Origin: Chloroflexota bacterium
Lineage (GTDB): Bacteria; Chloroflexota; Limnocylindria; Limnocylindrales; CSP1-4
Length of the DNA stretch: 64,000 nt
Reading direction: 5' to 3'
Assembly (NCBI GenBank): GCA_025935925.1
Contig: JAICUI010000001.1
Location: 77,605-141,604 of the forward strand
Below the pieces are notes generated by a model. It saw nothing but the letters and a program-made list of their open reading frames with translations, made no database searches and was not told where the DNA came from. This document shows positions 56,000 to 64,000 of the stretch, one piece after another. Every line of letters begins with the position of its first letter. The stretch's first letter is position 1. Position numbers and translations under genes: made by a program.

Positions 56000-57982
56000 G
56001 TGACCGACGCACCCGCCGTTCCCGCCGGCTTCGAGGCCCTGGGCCTCGATCCGCGGCTGCTCCGGACGCTCGGGGCGCTCGGGTACGAGGAGCCGACCCC
56101 GGTCCAGCTCGCGGCGATCCCGCCGCTGCTCGAGGGCCGGGATCTGCTCGCTGAGGCGCCCACCGGGACGGGCAAGACCGCGGCGTTCGCCCTGCCGATG
56201 CTCCAGCGGCTCGCGGCGGCGATCGATGCGCGGCGGGCGAGCGACCAGCCGGTGACCGGTCGCGGGGCCGCGTCCGATGGCGGCGGCAGCCGGCCGTCGG
56301 CGCTGGTGCTCGCCCCGACGCGCGAGCTCGCCATGCAGGTGGCCGAGGCGGTCCATCGCTACGGCCGCGAGCTCGGCGTCCGTGTCGTGCCGGTGTACGG
56401 CGGGCAGCCGATCACGACACAGCTGCACCGGCTGGCCCGGGGCGTGGACATCGTCGTCGCGACGCCCGGCCGGGCGGTCGATCACCTGGACCGCGGCACG
56501 CTGCGCTTCGACGAGGTCACGACGGTCGTCCTCGACGAGGCGGACGAGATGCTCGACATGGGCTTCGCCGACGACCTCGAGCGGATCCTCGGCGCGCTGC
56601 CGCTCGGCCGACAGACGGCCCTGTTCAGTGCCACGATCGCGGGCCCGATCGCCCGCCTCGCCGAGGCGCACCTCCGACAGCCCGCGCGCGTCCGCGTCGA
56701 GGGCGACCGGCCCGGCACCGGGGAGGCCGCCCGCGTCCGCCAGGTGGCCTATGTGGTCCGCCGGGCCGACAAGCTCGCGGCGCTCGGGCGGATCCTGGAT
56801 CTCGAGGACGGCGCGGCGACGCTGGTGTTCGCCCGCACGCGCGGCGAGGTCGACGACCTGGCTGAAGCGCTCTCGGGGCGCGGCCGGGACGCCGCCGCGC
56901 TCCACGGTGGGCTCTCGCAGGAGCAGCGCGACCGGATCATGGGTCGGTTCCGGGAGGGGGCGCTGGACGTGCTCGTCGCGACCGACGTCGCGGCTCGCGG
57001 CCTCGACATCGAGCACGTGAGCCACGTCGTCAACTACGACGTCCCGTCGTCGCCCGAGGCGTACGTGCACCGCATCGGCCGGACGGGCCGCGCCGGCCGC
57101 GAGGGCACCGCGATCACGCTCGTCGAGCCGCGCGAGCACCGGCTGCTCCGGGACATCGAACGGTCGCTCGGCGCCCCGCTCGAGATCCAGGGCCTGCCGA
57201 CGGTCGCGGATCTCCGCGAGCACCGGCTGGAGCTCCTCCGCGCGTCGCTGCGCGAGGCGCTCCTCGGCGACGGGTTCGACCGGTACCGGGCCGTGGTCGA
57301 GTCGCTGTCGGAGGAGTTCGACGTCGTCGACATCGCGCTGGCGGCCGTGAGCCTGGCGGACGCCGAGGCGCGTGGCGCCGAGGACACCACGGAGCTGGCG
57401 CCGGCGACGCTGCCGACCGCGGACCGTCCGGACCGCGGACGCGGCCCGGTGCGCGGCGCGGGCACGAGGCCCCGGCACGGGCAGGAGCGACTCGGCGCGT
57501 ACGGCGCGCGCCCACCGCGTCGCAGCCCCGAGGCGCACGAGCGCGAAGCGGCGCCGCCGTCTCGCCCACGCGGCCCGGGTCCCGCGACGGACCGCGTGCC
57601 GGCTGGCCCGCGCAAGGGGTATCGCGCGACGGCGTGGCGCGATGCCGACGGCCGGCCGGTGATGCGCCCGCCGCGCGGATCGCGGCCCGGGGACGGCGAC
57701 GCCGCGGACGGCGACCCGGCCGGCATCCCGAGCACGGGGACGGGCGGCGTGACCCGCCTGTTCGTCGGCGCGGGGCGGGCGGCCGGGATGCGTCCCGGCG
57801 ACCTCGTCGGCGCGATCACGAACGAGGCCGGGCTGCGCGGCAACGACATCGGCGCGATCCAGATCGCCGACGGGTTCTCGCTCGTCGAGGTGCCCGAGGC
57901 GTCGGCGGATCGCGTCATCCGGGCGCTCCGCGCGGCCACGATCCGCGGCCAGAAGGTCAACGTCCGGCGGGAGCGGTACTGA
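56000..57982 (+). CDS. deaD: DEAD-box RNA helicase DeaD/CsdA-like with C-terminal DbpA RNA-binding domain
   Basis: [63 protein letters not shown]. Confidence 0.88.
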   Translation: MTDAPAVPAGFEALGLDPRLLRTLGALGYEEPTPVQLAAIPPLLEGRDLLAEAPTGTGKTAAFALPMLQRLAAAIDARRASDQPVTGRGAASDGGGSRPSALVLAPTRELAMQVAEAVHRYGRELGVRVVPVYGGQPITTQLHRLARGVDIVVATPGRAVDHLDRGTLRFDEVTTVVLDEADEMLDMGFADDLERILGALPLGRQTALFSATIAGPIARLAEAHLRQPARVRVEGDRPGTGEAARVRQVAYVVRRADKLAALGRILDLEDGAATLVFARTRGEVDDLAEALSGRGRDAAALHGGLSQEQRDRIMGRFREGALDVLVATDVAARGLDIEHVSHVVNYDVPSSPEAYVHRIGRTGRAGREGTAITLVEPREHRLLRDIERSLGAPLEIQGLPTVADLREHRLELLRASLREALLGDGFDRYRAVVESLSEEFDVVDIALAAVSLADAEARGAEDTTELAPATLPTADRPDRGRGPVRGAGTRPRHGQERLGAYGARPPRRSPEAHEREAAPPSRPRGPGPATDRVPAGPRKGYRATAWRDADGRPVMRPPRGSRPGDGDAADGDPAGIPSTGTGGVTRLFVGAGRAAGMRPGDLVGAITNEAGLRGNDIGAIQIADGFSLVEVPEASADRVIRALRAATIRGQKVNVRRERY

Positions 57983-57983
57983 C

Positions 57984-58832
57984 CTAGCCGGTCCCCTCGT
58001 CGGTCCGGTCGCGCAGGAACCGCTCGATCTCGGCGATCAGGTCGTCGCCAGCAGGCTGGCGCTCCTCGTCGACCATCGATTCCAGGCGCTCGACGTACGC
58101 CCGCGTCGTCTCGTCGGCGGCCGTGGCGGCGTCGAGCCGCTGCCGGAGCTGCCGACTCTCCTCCTCCAGGTCGCCGTGGGGCAGCGTGACGTCGAGGTGC
58201 CGCTCGAGCGACCGCAGCAGCTCCAGCGAGGCCAGCGCGTACGGCCCGCTCACGTAGTGGGGGATCTGCGCGAAGTAGCCCACCGCGGGCACGCCCGACG
58301 CCGACACCGCCAGCTCCAGCATCGACAGCGCCGCGGACGGAACGCGAAGCATGCCCGCGGGTCCCGGGAGGACGCCGCCCTTCAGCAGCCCGTCGCGGGA
58401 TGCGGTCCCGAGGATGGGCACGGCGCGCGTGTGCGCAACCGCCGCCGGGATCGCCCCGAGGCTGATCCAGCCTGCGACCCCGAGGCGGCCGAGCAGCTCG
58501 ACCGTGTCGTCGGCGAGCCGGTGCCAGCGGTCGTCCGGCTCGGCGCCGGTCAGGACGAGCAGGTCCCGCCCGCCGTACCGGGCGGACCGCAGCGTGACCT
58601 CGGGCCACTCCAACCCTTCGAGCCGGCCGTTGCGGATCGTGAGCGTCGGGCGGCGCGAGCGGTAGTCGAACAGCTGGTCCGGGTCGAAGCGCGCCACGAG
58701 CGTGCCGTCCACACCGAGGAGGCCGAGCACGGCCGTCGCCGCCGACCCCGCGTCCACCCAGCCGTCGAACGCGGCGACGACGATGGGCGCCTCGAGGTCG
58801 GGGAGCGGACCCTCGAGCTGGTACAGCGGCAT
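57984..58832 (-). CDS. PAC2 (proteasome assembly chaperone) family protein
   Basis: AFDGWVDAGSAA, FDYRSRRP, GAEPD..W, HTR, IPHY, YVERLE, EIERFLR. Confidence 0.9.
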   Translation of the reverse strand: MPLYQLEGPLPDLEAPIVVAAFDGWVDAGSAATAVLGLLGVDGTLVARFDPDQLFDYRSRRPTLTIRNGRLEGLEWPEVTLRSARYGGRDLLVLTGAEPDDRWHRLADDTVELLGRLGVAGWISLGAIPAAVAHTRAVPILGTASRDGLLKGGVLPGPAGMLRVPSAALSMLELAVSASGVPAVGYFAQIPHYVSGPYALASLELLRSLERHLDVTLPHGDLEEESRQLRQRLDAATAADETTRAYVERLESMVDEERQPAGDDLIAEIERFLRDRTDEGTG

Positions 58833-58972
58833 GGCACGGAGTCTACGGGGACCGGCCCGGGGCGGCGCGAACCCGGTGGGCCGGGCGGCCCTTTACGTGC
58901 CCGGTGACGGGGGGCATGCTGGCCGGGCTGACCCGGCGGCACGTCCCGTCGCCGGCCCAGGGGGTGCCACCC

Positions 58973-59455
58973 ATGCTCGGTCGCCTGTTCCGCGTCGTGC
59001 TCTCGCTGTTCGCGGCGCTGCTTGCGTTCACCGCCGCCGCCGCCGTCTACGCCAGGGTCGCGGGTCGGCCATCGACCACGCCGGAGCCCGACGCGGACGA
59101 GATCGACCTCGTCGCGACCTTCGGGCCGGTCGCGTTCCGGAGCACCGCCGGGAGCTTCCGCGGCGGCACGGTGACGACGTGGTTCGGCGGCGGCACGGTC
59201 GACCTGCGGAACGCCACCCTCGATCCGGCCGGGGCGACGATCCGGACGAGCACGCTGTTCGGCGGCGGCAACCTCATCGTCCCCGACGACTGGCGCGTCG
59301 AGACGGCCCTCGTGGGGATCGGCGGCGCGGGCGACGGACGGCCGTCCGGCAACCCGCCCGCCGGCGGCCCGACGCTGCGTCTCGAGGGGCTCGCGCTGTT
59401 CGGCGGCTGGGGCGTCACCTCGGAGCCGCCCGGCGAGGAGCTGCTCGCGGTCTGA
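58973..59455 (+). CDS. LiaF-like (cell-wall-antibiotic response) membrane-anchored protein
   Basis: N-terminal TM; FGGGTVDLRNA, LFGGGNLIVPDDW, LFGGWGV. Confidence 0.75.
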   Translation: MLGRLFRVVLSLFAALLAFTAAAAVYARVAGRPSTTPEPDADEIDLVATFGPVAFRSTAGSFRGGTVTTWFGGGTVDLRNATLDPAGATIRTSTLFGGGNLIVPDDWRVETALVGIGGAGDGRPSGNPPAGGPTLRLEGLALFGGWGVTSEPPGEELLAV

Positions 59456-59480
59456 CGCCCCGGACGCCTCGGCCGAGCGG

Positions 59481-60383
59481 CTAGCTGAACAGCTCGCCGC
59501 CCGTGACGGCGATCACCTCGCCCGTGACGTAGCTCGCCTCCGGCGAGGCGAGGAACACGTACGCCGGTGCGAGCTCCGCGGGCTGCGCGGGCCGCCCGAG
59601 CGGCGAGTCCTGTCCGAAGGTCGACGTGCCCTCGGCGCTCGTGCTCGCCGGGATGAGCGGCGTCCAGACCGGCCCGGGCGCCACGACGTTGACGCGGATC
59701 CCGCGCTTGGCGACCTCGAACGCAAGGGCCTGGGAGAACGCGACGATGCCGCCCTTGGTCGTCGCGTACGCGAGCAGCGACGACGACGGCTCGCGCGCCT
59801 GGATCGATGCCGTGTTGATCACGGAGCTGCCGGGCTCCATGGTCGGCACGATCTCGCGGCACAGCCAGAACATGGCGGACAGGTTCGTCTTGAGGGTCCG
59901 GTCCCAGTCCTCCGTGGGAACCTGCGAGATCGAGTCGTACCGCTTCTGGAACGCCGCGTTGTTGACCAGGACGTCGATGCGGCCCAGCTCCTCGCGGGCG
60001 CGGCCGGCGAGCGCCTTGCACTGCGCCTCGTCCGACAGGTCGCCCGGCACGGCGATCGCCTTGCGCCCCTCGGCCTCCACGAGCCGCACCGTGTCCTGGG
60101 CGTCCTCGGTCTCCGACAGGTAGGCGATGACGACATCGGCGCCTTCGCGCGCGAAGGCGAGCGCGACGGCCTTGCCGATGCCGCTGTCGGCACCGGTGAT
60201 CAGCGTCGCGAGGCCGGTGAGCCGCCCGCTGCCGCGGTACGTCTGCTCGCCGTGGTCCGGCCGTGGCTGCATCGACGGCTCGTCACCGGGCAGCTGCTGC
60301 GTCTGCTTCCCGAACGGCGGCCGCGGGTACGCATTGCGGGGGTCGACGAGTCGGCGCCCGGCGGAGGTGTCGGTGGTGGTCAT
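59481..60383 (-). CDS. SDR family oxidoreductase (YghA/YhxC-like)
   Basis: PDHGEQTYRGSGRL, ITGADSGIG, NNAA, YATTK, PGPVWTP. Confidence 0.93.
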   Translation of the reverse strand: MTTTDTSAGRRLVDPRNAYPRPPFGKQTQQLPGDEPSMQPRPDHGEQTYRGSGRLTGLATLITGADSGIGKAVALAFAREGADVVIAYLSETEDAQDTVRLVEAEGRKAIAVPGDLSDEAQCKALAGRAREELGRIDVLVNNAAFQKRYDSISQVPTEDWDRTLKTNLSAMFWLCREIVPTMEPGSSVINTASIQAREPSSSLLAYATTKGGIVAFSQALAFEVAKRGIRVNVVAPGPVWTPLIPASTSAEGTSTFGQDSPLGRPAQPAELAPAYVFLASPEASYVTGEVIAVTGGELFS

Positions 60384-60495
60384 GGGAAGCTCTCCTGGCT
60401 CGGTCCTGCGGTTCGTCGGACCAGCCTCGCCGTCGTCCGGTCCGCCGCGGGTTCGAGATCGGTCGGCCGGCGTTGCAGCGCCCTGCCGGTCGGGG

Positions 60496-62046
60496 TCAGG
60501 CGGAGGCGGCGACGGCGCGCGGCTGCGTCTCGCCGGCCACCATGACGTTGCCGGGGCCGCGGAGCTTGCCGCGGTACATCGCCTGGTCCGCGGCCACCAT
60601 CAGGTCCGCACCGGTGTCGCCGTCGATCGGATACACCGCGACGCCCACCGTGACGTCGACGCCCTGCTTGCCGGCCACGTCGACGACCGCCCGCCGGACG
60701 CGCTGGGCGAGGAGCACGGCGTCCTCGGCGTCGGCGTCCGCCGCGACGACGAGCAGCTCGTCCCCGCCGTAGCGGCCGACGACGTCGCCCTGCCGGATCG
60801 CCCCGCGGACCGCCGTGCCCACGGCCCGCAGGACGTCGTCGCCCGCCTCGTGGCCGCGCAGGTCGTTGACGGACTTGAACCCGTCGAGATCGCAGAACAG
60901 GACCGCGGCGCTCGCGCCGCTCCGGCGGGCGCGCGCGACGTACGCCGCCAGCTCGTCCGAGATCGCGCGCCGGTTCAGCAGCTGCGTCAGCGAATCGGTG
61001 GCGGCCTCCGCGCGGATCCGCTGCAGCTGGCCCTGCGCGAGCGACAGGCCCATCTGGCTCGCGAGCCCGTAGAGCAGGCGGAGCTGGCCGTCGTTCGGCA
61101 CCGTCGGGGCCGGCCACAGGACGGGCAGGATGCCGACCCAGCGGCCCTCGAGGAAGATCGGCACCAGGGTGATGCCGCGGACCCAGTCCGGGACCCCGAG
61201 CGCGGCGGCGATCGGCGAGCCGGCGTCGACCGGGTACGTGAGCGACTCGCCCGCCGTGAACCGTCGCGTCAGCTCGTCGCTGGAGCCCATCGTCGCTTCG
61301 ACGCGGTCGCGGTCGAGCCGCCGGCGCTCCGGGGAATGCCAGCGCACCAGCATGAAGTTGCCGTCCGGATCGCGGAGCGCGACCGACCGCACCCGGCCGC
61401 CGACCGCCTCGTGGAGGCGGCGGTCGAGGAGCTCGAGCGTCTCCTCCTCCTGCTGCTGCTGGGCGAGGGCGGCCGTGAGGTCCAGCAGCGCCCGCAGGTC
61501 GCGTCGCCCGCGCTCCGCGATCACCGCGGATCCGGCCATCAGGCCGCCCGTGAGGGCGATGATGCCCACCCCGCCCGCGATCGACCGCGGCGGCGTCGTG
61601 TTGCCGTACGAGAGGTGGAGCACGAGCTGCATGCCGTACACGACGATGCTGGCGACGGTGACGGCGACGCCGGCACCCATCCCGCCGACGACCGTCGCCT
61701 CGAGCGAGAGCAGCGGGTAGAAGTAGAACGCCATCCATTCCGGCTCCGCGGCGAACGCCGTGCCCGTCAGATAGACCGCCACGACGTCCGCGACGAGGAA
61801 CAGCGTCGCCTGGCGGCGGATGCGCTCGAGCGGCAGGCCGTCGAGCAGCGTCATCCGCTGGACGATCACCGTCCCGGTCACGATGACCACCGCGGCGGCG
61901 ACGAGCGGAAGGGAGACGGTGCGGCCGCTGAAGGCCAGCAGGCCGATCGTCCCGATGGCGAGCAGCCGCAGCCAGAACAGGGCGCGTTCGAAGCCGAGCA
62001 GCTCGTGGGCCTCGCCGATGGCGGGCCGCTCGTGAATCACCGGCAT
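60496..62046 (-). CDS. Membrane-bound GAF-GGDEF diguanylate cyclase
   Basis: About 6 TM; TDSLTQLLNRR, DLDGFKSVND..GHEAGD, RQGD I-site, RYGGDEL; alternative start 62067. Confidence 0.9.
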   Translation of the reverse strand: MPVIHERPAIGEAHELLGFERALFWLRLLAIGTIGLLAFSGRTVSLPLVAAAVVIVTGTVIVQRMTLLDGLPLERIRRQATLFLVADVVAVYLTGTAFAAEPEWMAFYFYPLLSLEATVVGGMGAGVAVTVASIVVYGMQLVLHLSYGNTTPPRSIAGGVGIIALTGGLMAGSAVIAERGRRDLRALLDLTAALAQQQQEEETLELLDRRLHEAVGGRVRSVALRDPDGNFMLVRWHSPERRRLDRDRVEATMGSSDELTRRFTAGESLTYPVDAGSPIAAALGVPDWVRGITLVPIFLEGRWVGILPVLWPAPTVPNDGQLRLLYGLASQMGLSLAQGQLQRIRAEAATDSLTQLLNRRAISDELAAYVARARRSGASAAVLFCDLDGFKSVNDLRGHEAGDDVLRAVGTAVRGAIRQGDVVGRYGGDELLVVAADADAEDAVLLAQRVRRAVVDVAGKQGVDVTVGVAVYPIDGDTGADLMVAADQAMYRGKLRGPGNVMVAGETQPRAVAASA

Positions 62047-62227
62047 GACGCCGCCCCCTTGACTCATGTGCGGTCCACCCTACGCAATCCGCCGGAGACC
62101 GGCAACGCGGCACAGGTACCGCTCGGCGGTCGCGTGGTGCGTCCTCGGCAACACGCCGACCCCGGCCGCGGTCGTGCGCGGTACCGTGCCCGCAGTGCCC
62201 ACGCAGCGGAGAGGGAGCCGCGACCAG

Positions 62228-63430
62228 ATGATCGGGACGACCCCGTTTCACGAGCGCACGTCGGCGCTCAACGAGACGGGCCTGTGGAGCCACTGGGCCG
62301 GCCGGCTGGCGGCGGAGAAGTACCAGCTGTCCGAGAAGTTCGAGTACTTCGCCGTCCGCAACGCCGCGGGAATCTTCGACACGTCGCCGCTGTTCAAGTA
62401 CCGGTTCTCGGGCCCGGGCGCGGAGGCGTACCTCGCGAGCGTGCTCGCCCGCGACCCGCACACGCTCGCGCCCGGCGAGGCGCAGTACACGATCTGGTGC
62501 GACGACCGCGGCTTCCTCGTCGAGGACGGCGTGCTGCTCCGCCACGCTGCCGACGAGTTCGTGCTGACCGCCGCGGAGCCCAACCTCGCGTGGTTCTCGG
62601 ACCTCGTGCGGCCGCGCGACCACGTGCGCGTCGATGACGTCTCCGACGACTGGGCGGTGCTGTCGATCCAGGGGCCGCGGGCGCTGCGCGTGCTTCTGTC
62701 GCTCGACAAGGGGATCGAGCGCCTCGCCTACTTCGGGCATCGCGAGACGAAGGTCGCGGGGGCGCGCGTGCGGGTGTCGCGGACCGGATACACCGGCGAC
62801 CTCGGCTACGAGGTGTGGTGCCGCTCCGACGACGCGCTCCGCGTCTGGGACGCCGTCTGGCAGGCGTCCGAGGGCCTCGGCGTGCTGCCCTTCGGGCTCC
62901 AGGCGCTGTACATGGCGCGGATCGAGGCCGGCCTGCTGCTGCTGGACGTCGACTTCGCGTCGTCGCGCTACGCGTGGACGGATGCGGACCGGGCCACGCC
63001 GCACGAGCTGGGCCTCGGCTGGATGCTCCGTGGCGTCGCCGACGACGAGCGGCGGTTCGTCGGCCGCGAGGCGATCCGGCGGGAGCTCGCGAACCGCACG
63101 TCCCGCTTCCGGACGACCGGCTTCGTCGTCGACTGGCGCGACTGGAACCGGCTCCACGAGGAGGGCGGGCTGATGCCGCCGATGGACCACACGCCGGTCC
63201 AGGAGGAGATGTTCCTGTACGACGACGAGGGCTCGCAGATCGGCTTCTCGACGTCGTTCCTGTACTCGCCGGTGCTCCAGCGGCACGTCGGCATCGGGCG
63301 GGTGCCCGTGGCCGCCTCGCAGCCGGGCTGCAAGGTGAACCTGGAGATCCCGATCAATCACCGCTACGTGCACGTCGTCGCGCACACCGCGCGGCTGCCC
63401 CACTACAACCCGCAGCGGAAGACGGCCTGA
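62228..63430 (+). CDS. Aminomethyltransferase (GcvT/DmdA-like) family protein
   Basis: TPFHERT, AVRNAAGIFDTSPL, IQGP, SRTGYTGDLGYE, ARIEAG. Confidence 0.9.
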   Translation: MIGTTPFHERTSALNETGLWSHWAGRLAAEKYQLSEKFEYFAVRNAAGIFDTSPLFKYRFSGPGAEAYLASVLARDPHTLAPGEAQYTIWCDDRGFLVEDGVLLRHAADEFVLTAAEPNLAWFSDLVRPRDHVRVDDVSDDWAVLSIQGPRALRVLLSLDKGIERLAYFGHRETKVAGARVRVSRTGYTGDLGYEVWCRSDDALRVWDAVWQASEGLGVLPFGLQALYMARIEAGLLLLDVDFASSRYAWTDADRATPHELGLGWMLRGVADDERRFVGREAIRRELANRTSRFRTTGFVVDWRDWNRLHEEGGLMPPMDHTPVQEEMFLYDDEGSQIGFSTSFLYSPVLQRHVGIGRVPVAASQPGCKVNLEIPINHRYVHVVAHTARLPHYNPQRKTA

Positions 63431-63432
63431 CC

Positions 63433-64000
63433 ATGGCGAAGTCGAACGGCTCCTCCTCGAAGTCCAACGGGTCCGCGAAGGCGGCCCGCGTGAAGCCGCG
63501 CGAGCACGACACCGACCGCAGCTTCGACGCCATCGTGGTCGGCGCCGGCCACAACGGGCTGACGAACGGTGCGTACCTCGCGAAGGCCGGCCTCCGGACG
63601 CTGGTGCTCGAACGGCGCCCGTTCGTGGGTGGCGCAGCCATCACCGAGGAGCTCCGCCCCGGGTTCTGGTTCACGACCTTCTCGTACGCGCTGTCGCTGC
63701 TCCGGCCGGAGATCGTCCAGGAGCTCGAGCTCGTGAAGCACGGCTTCATGCCCCTCCTGATGTCGTCGACCTTCGCGCCGATGGAGAACGGCGACTACCT
63801 GCTCCTCGGCCAGGACCACGGGGCCAACCAGCGGGAGATCGCCCGGCACAGCCGCCACGACGCCGACGCCTACGACCGATTCGAGTACGACGTGAACAAG
63901 GTGCTGCAGGCGTTCAAGCCGCTCATGGATGCGCCGCCCCCGAACCTGTTCAGCGACGACCCCGAGGAGCTCATCGCGCTCGCCGGACTCGGGGCGCGGT
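63433..64000 (+). CDS. FAD-dependent phytoene-dehydrogenase-like oxidoreductase (3' truncated by window end)
   Basis: DAIVVGAGHNGLTNGAYLAKAGLRTLVLERR..VGGAAITEE; open to the end of the window. Confidence 0.88.
   Translation, partial: MAKSNGSSSKSNGSAKAARVKPREHDTDRSFDAIVVGAGHNGLTNGAYLAKAGLRTLVLERRPFVGGAAITEELRPGFWFTTFSYALSLLRPEIVQELELVKHGFMPLLMSSTFAPMENGDYLLLGQDHGANQREIARHSRHDADAYDRFEYDVNKVLQAFKPLMDAPPPNLFSDDPEELIALAGLGAR

Noticed and set aside
54868..58832. Pup-proteasome (pafABC) locus suggested by WYL + PAC2
   Set aside because: No pafA, dop, pup, prcAB or arc in the window; the WYL gene is a single YafY-type gene.
1249..63403. Many long overlapping ORFs in the track (e.g. 4266-7067, 24505-27285, 29179-31785, 54419-57538, 60380-63403)
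   Set aside because: They are Arg/Pro/Gly-rich shadow frames of real genes, expected at this GC content, with no family motifs. Some contain a real gene only at the 3' end.
1..64000. Prophage, IS, integron, tRNA/rRNA or horizontally acquired low-GC island
   Set aside because: No integrase, transposase or phage motifs and no tRNA/rRNA signatures were seen. Composition looks uniform apart from short AT-richer promoter patches.

Overview
This is a 64 kb window of very GC-rich bacterial chromosome. The gene repertoire and style suggest a Chloroflexota (Limnocylindria-like) or actinobacteria-like soil organism, which is an inference only. It is densely coding, with about 60 CDS. I saw no rRNA, tRNA, CRISPR array, integrase or transposase. 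Contents in order: partial SatD-like HTH gene + DUF3307; CocE/NonD hydrolase; NUDIX; a five-gene peptide/nickel-type ABC importer; aquaporin; three ABC-2-type exporter pairs; SpoIID and lysozyme-like cell-wall enzymes; a soluble 5xGAF-5xPAS HisKA_3 kinase with two response regulators and a divergent cupredoxin operon; a GreA fused to an extra N-terminal GIY-YIG-like domain; two DEAD-box helicases; a secreted clan-CD-like Cys protease candidate behind a long structured leader; a DUF2089/DUF4097/SHOCT operon; a HipA-like kinase/DUF3037 pair; a WYL regulator; PAC2; a GGDEF protein; and a GcvT-like gene followed by a phytoene-dehydrogenase-like gene. Most interesting: (1) the GIY-YIG-like::GreA fusion; (2) a 7-4-7 palindromic operator found three times around the GAF/PAS two-component locus, defining a small regulon that includes an unannotated 54-aa protein; (3) paired TGACA-N5-TGTCA-type sites linking the WYL regulator to a small ORF and possibly the DeaD helicase; (4) two families of dispersed palindromic intergenic elements, one with two copies of exactly 142 bp; (5) widespread leaderless gene starts. 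All family calls come from motif recognition by eye, not from database searches.
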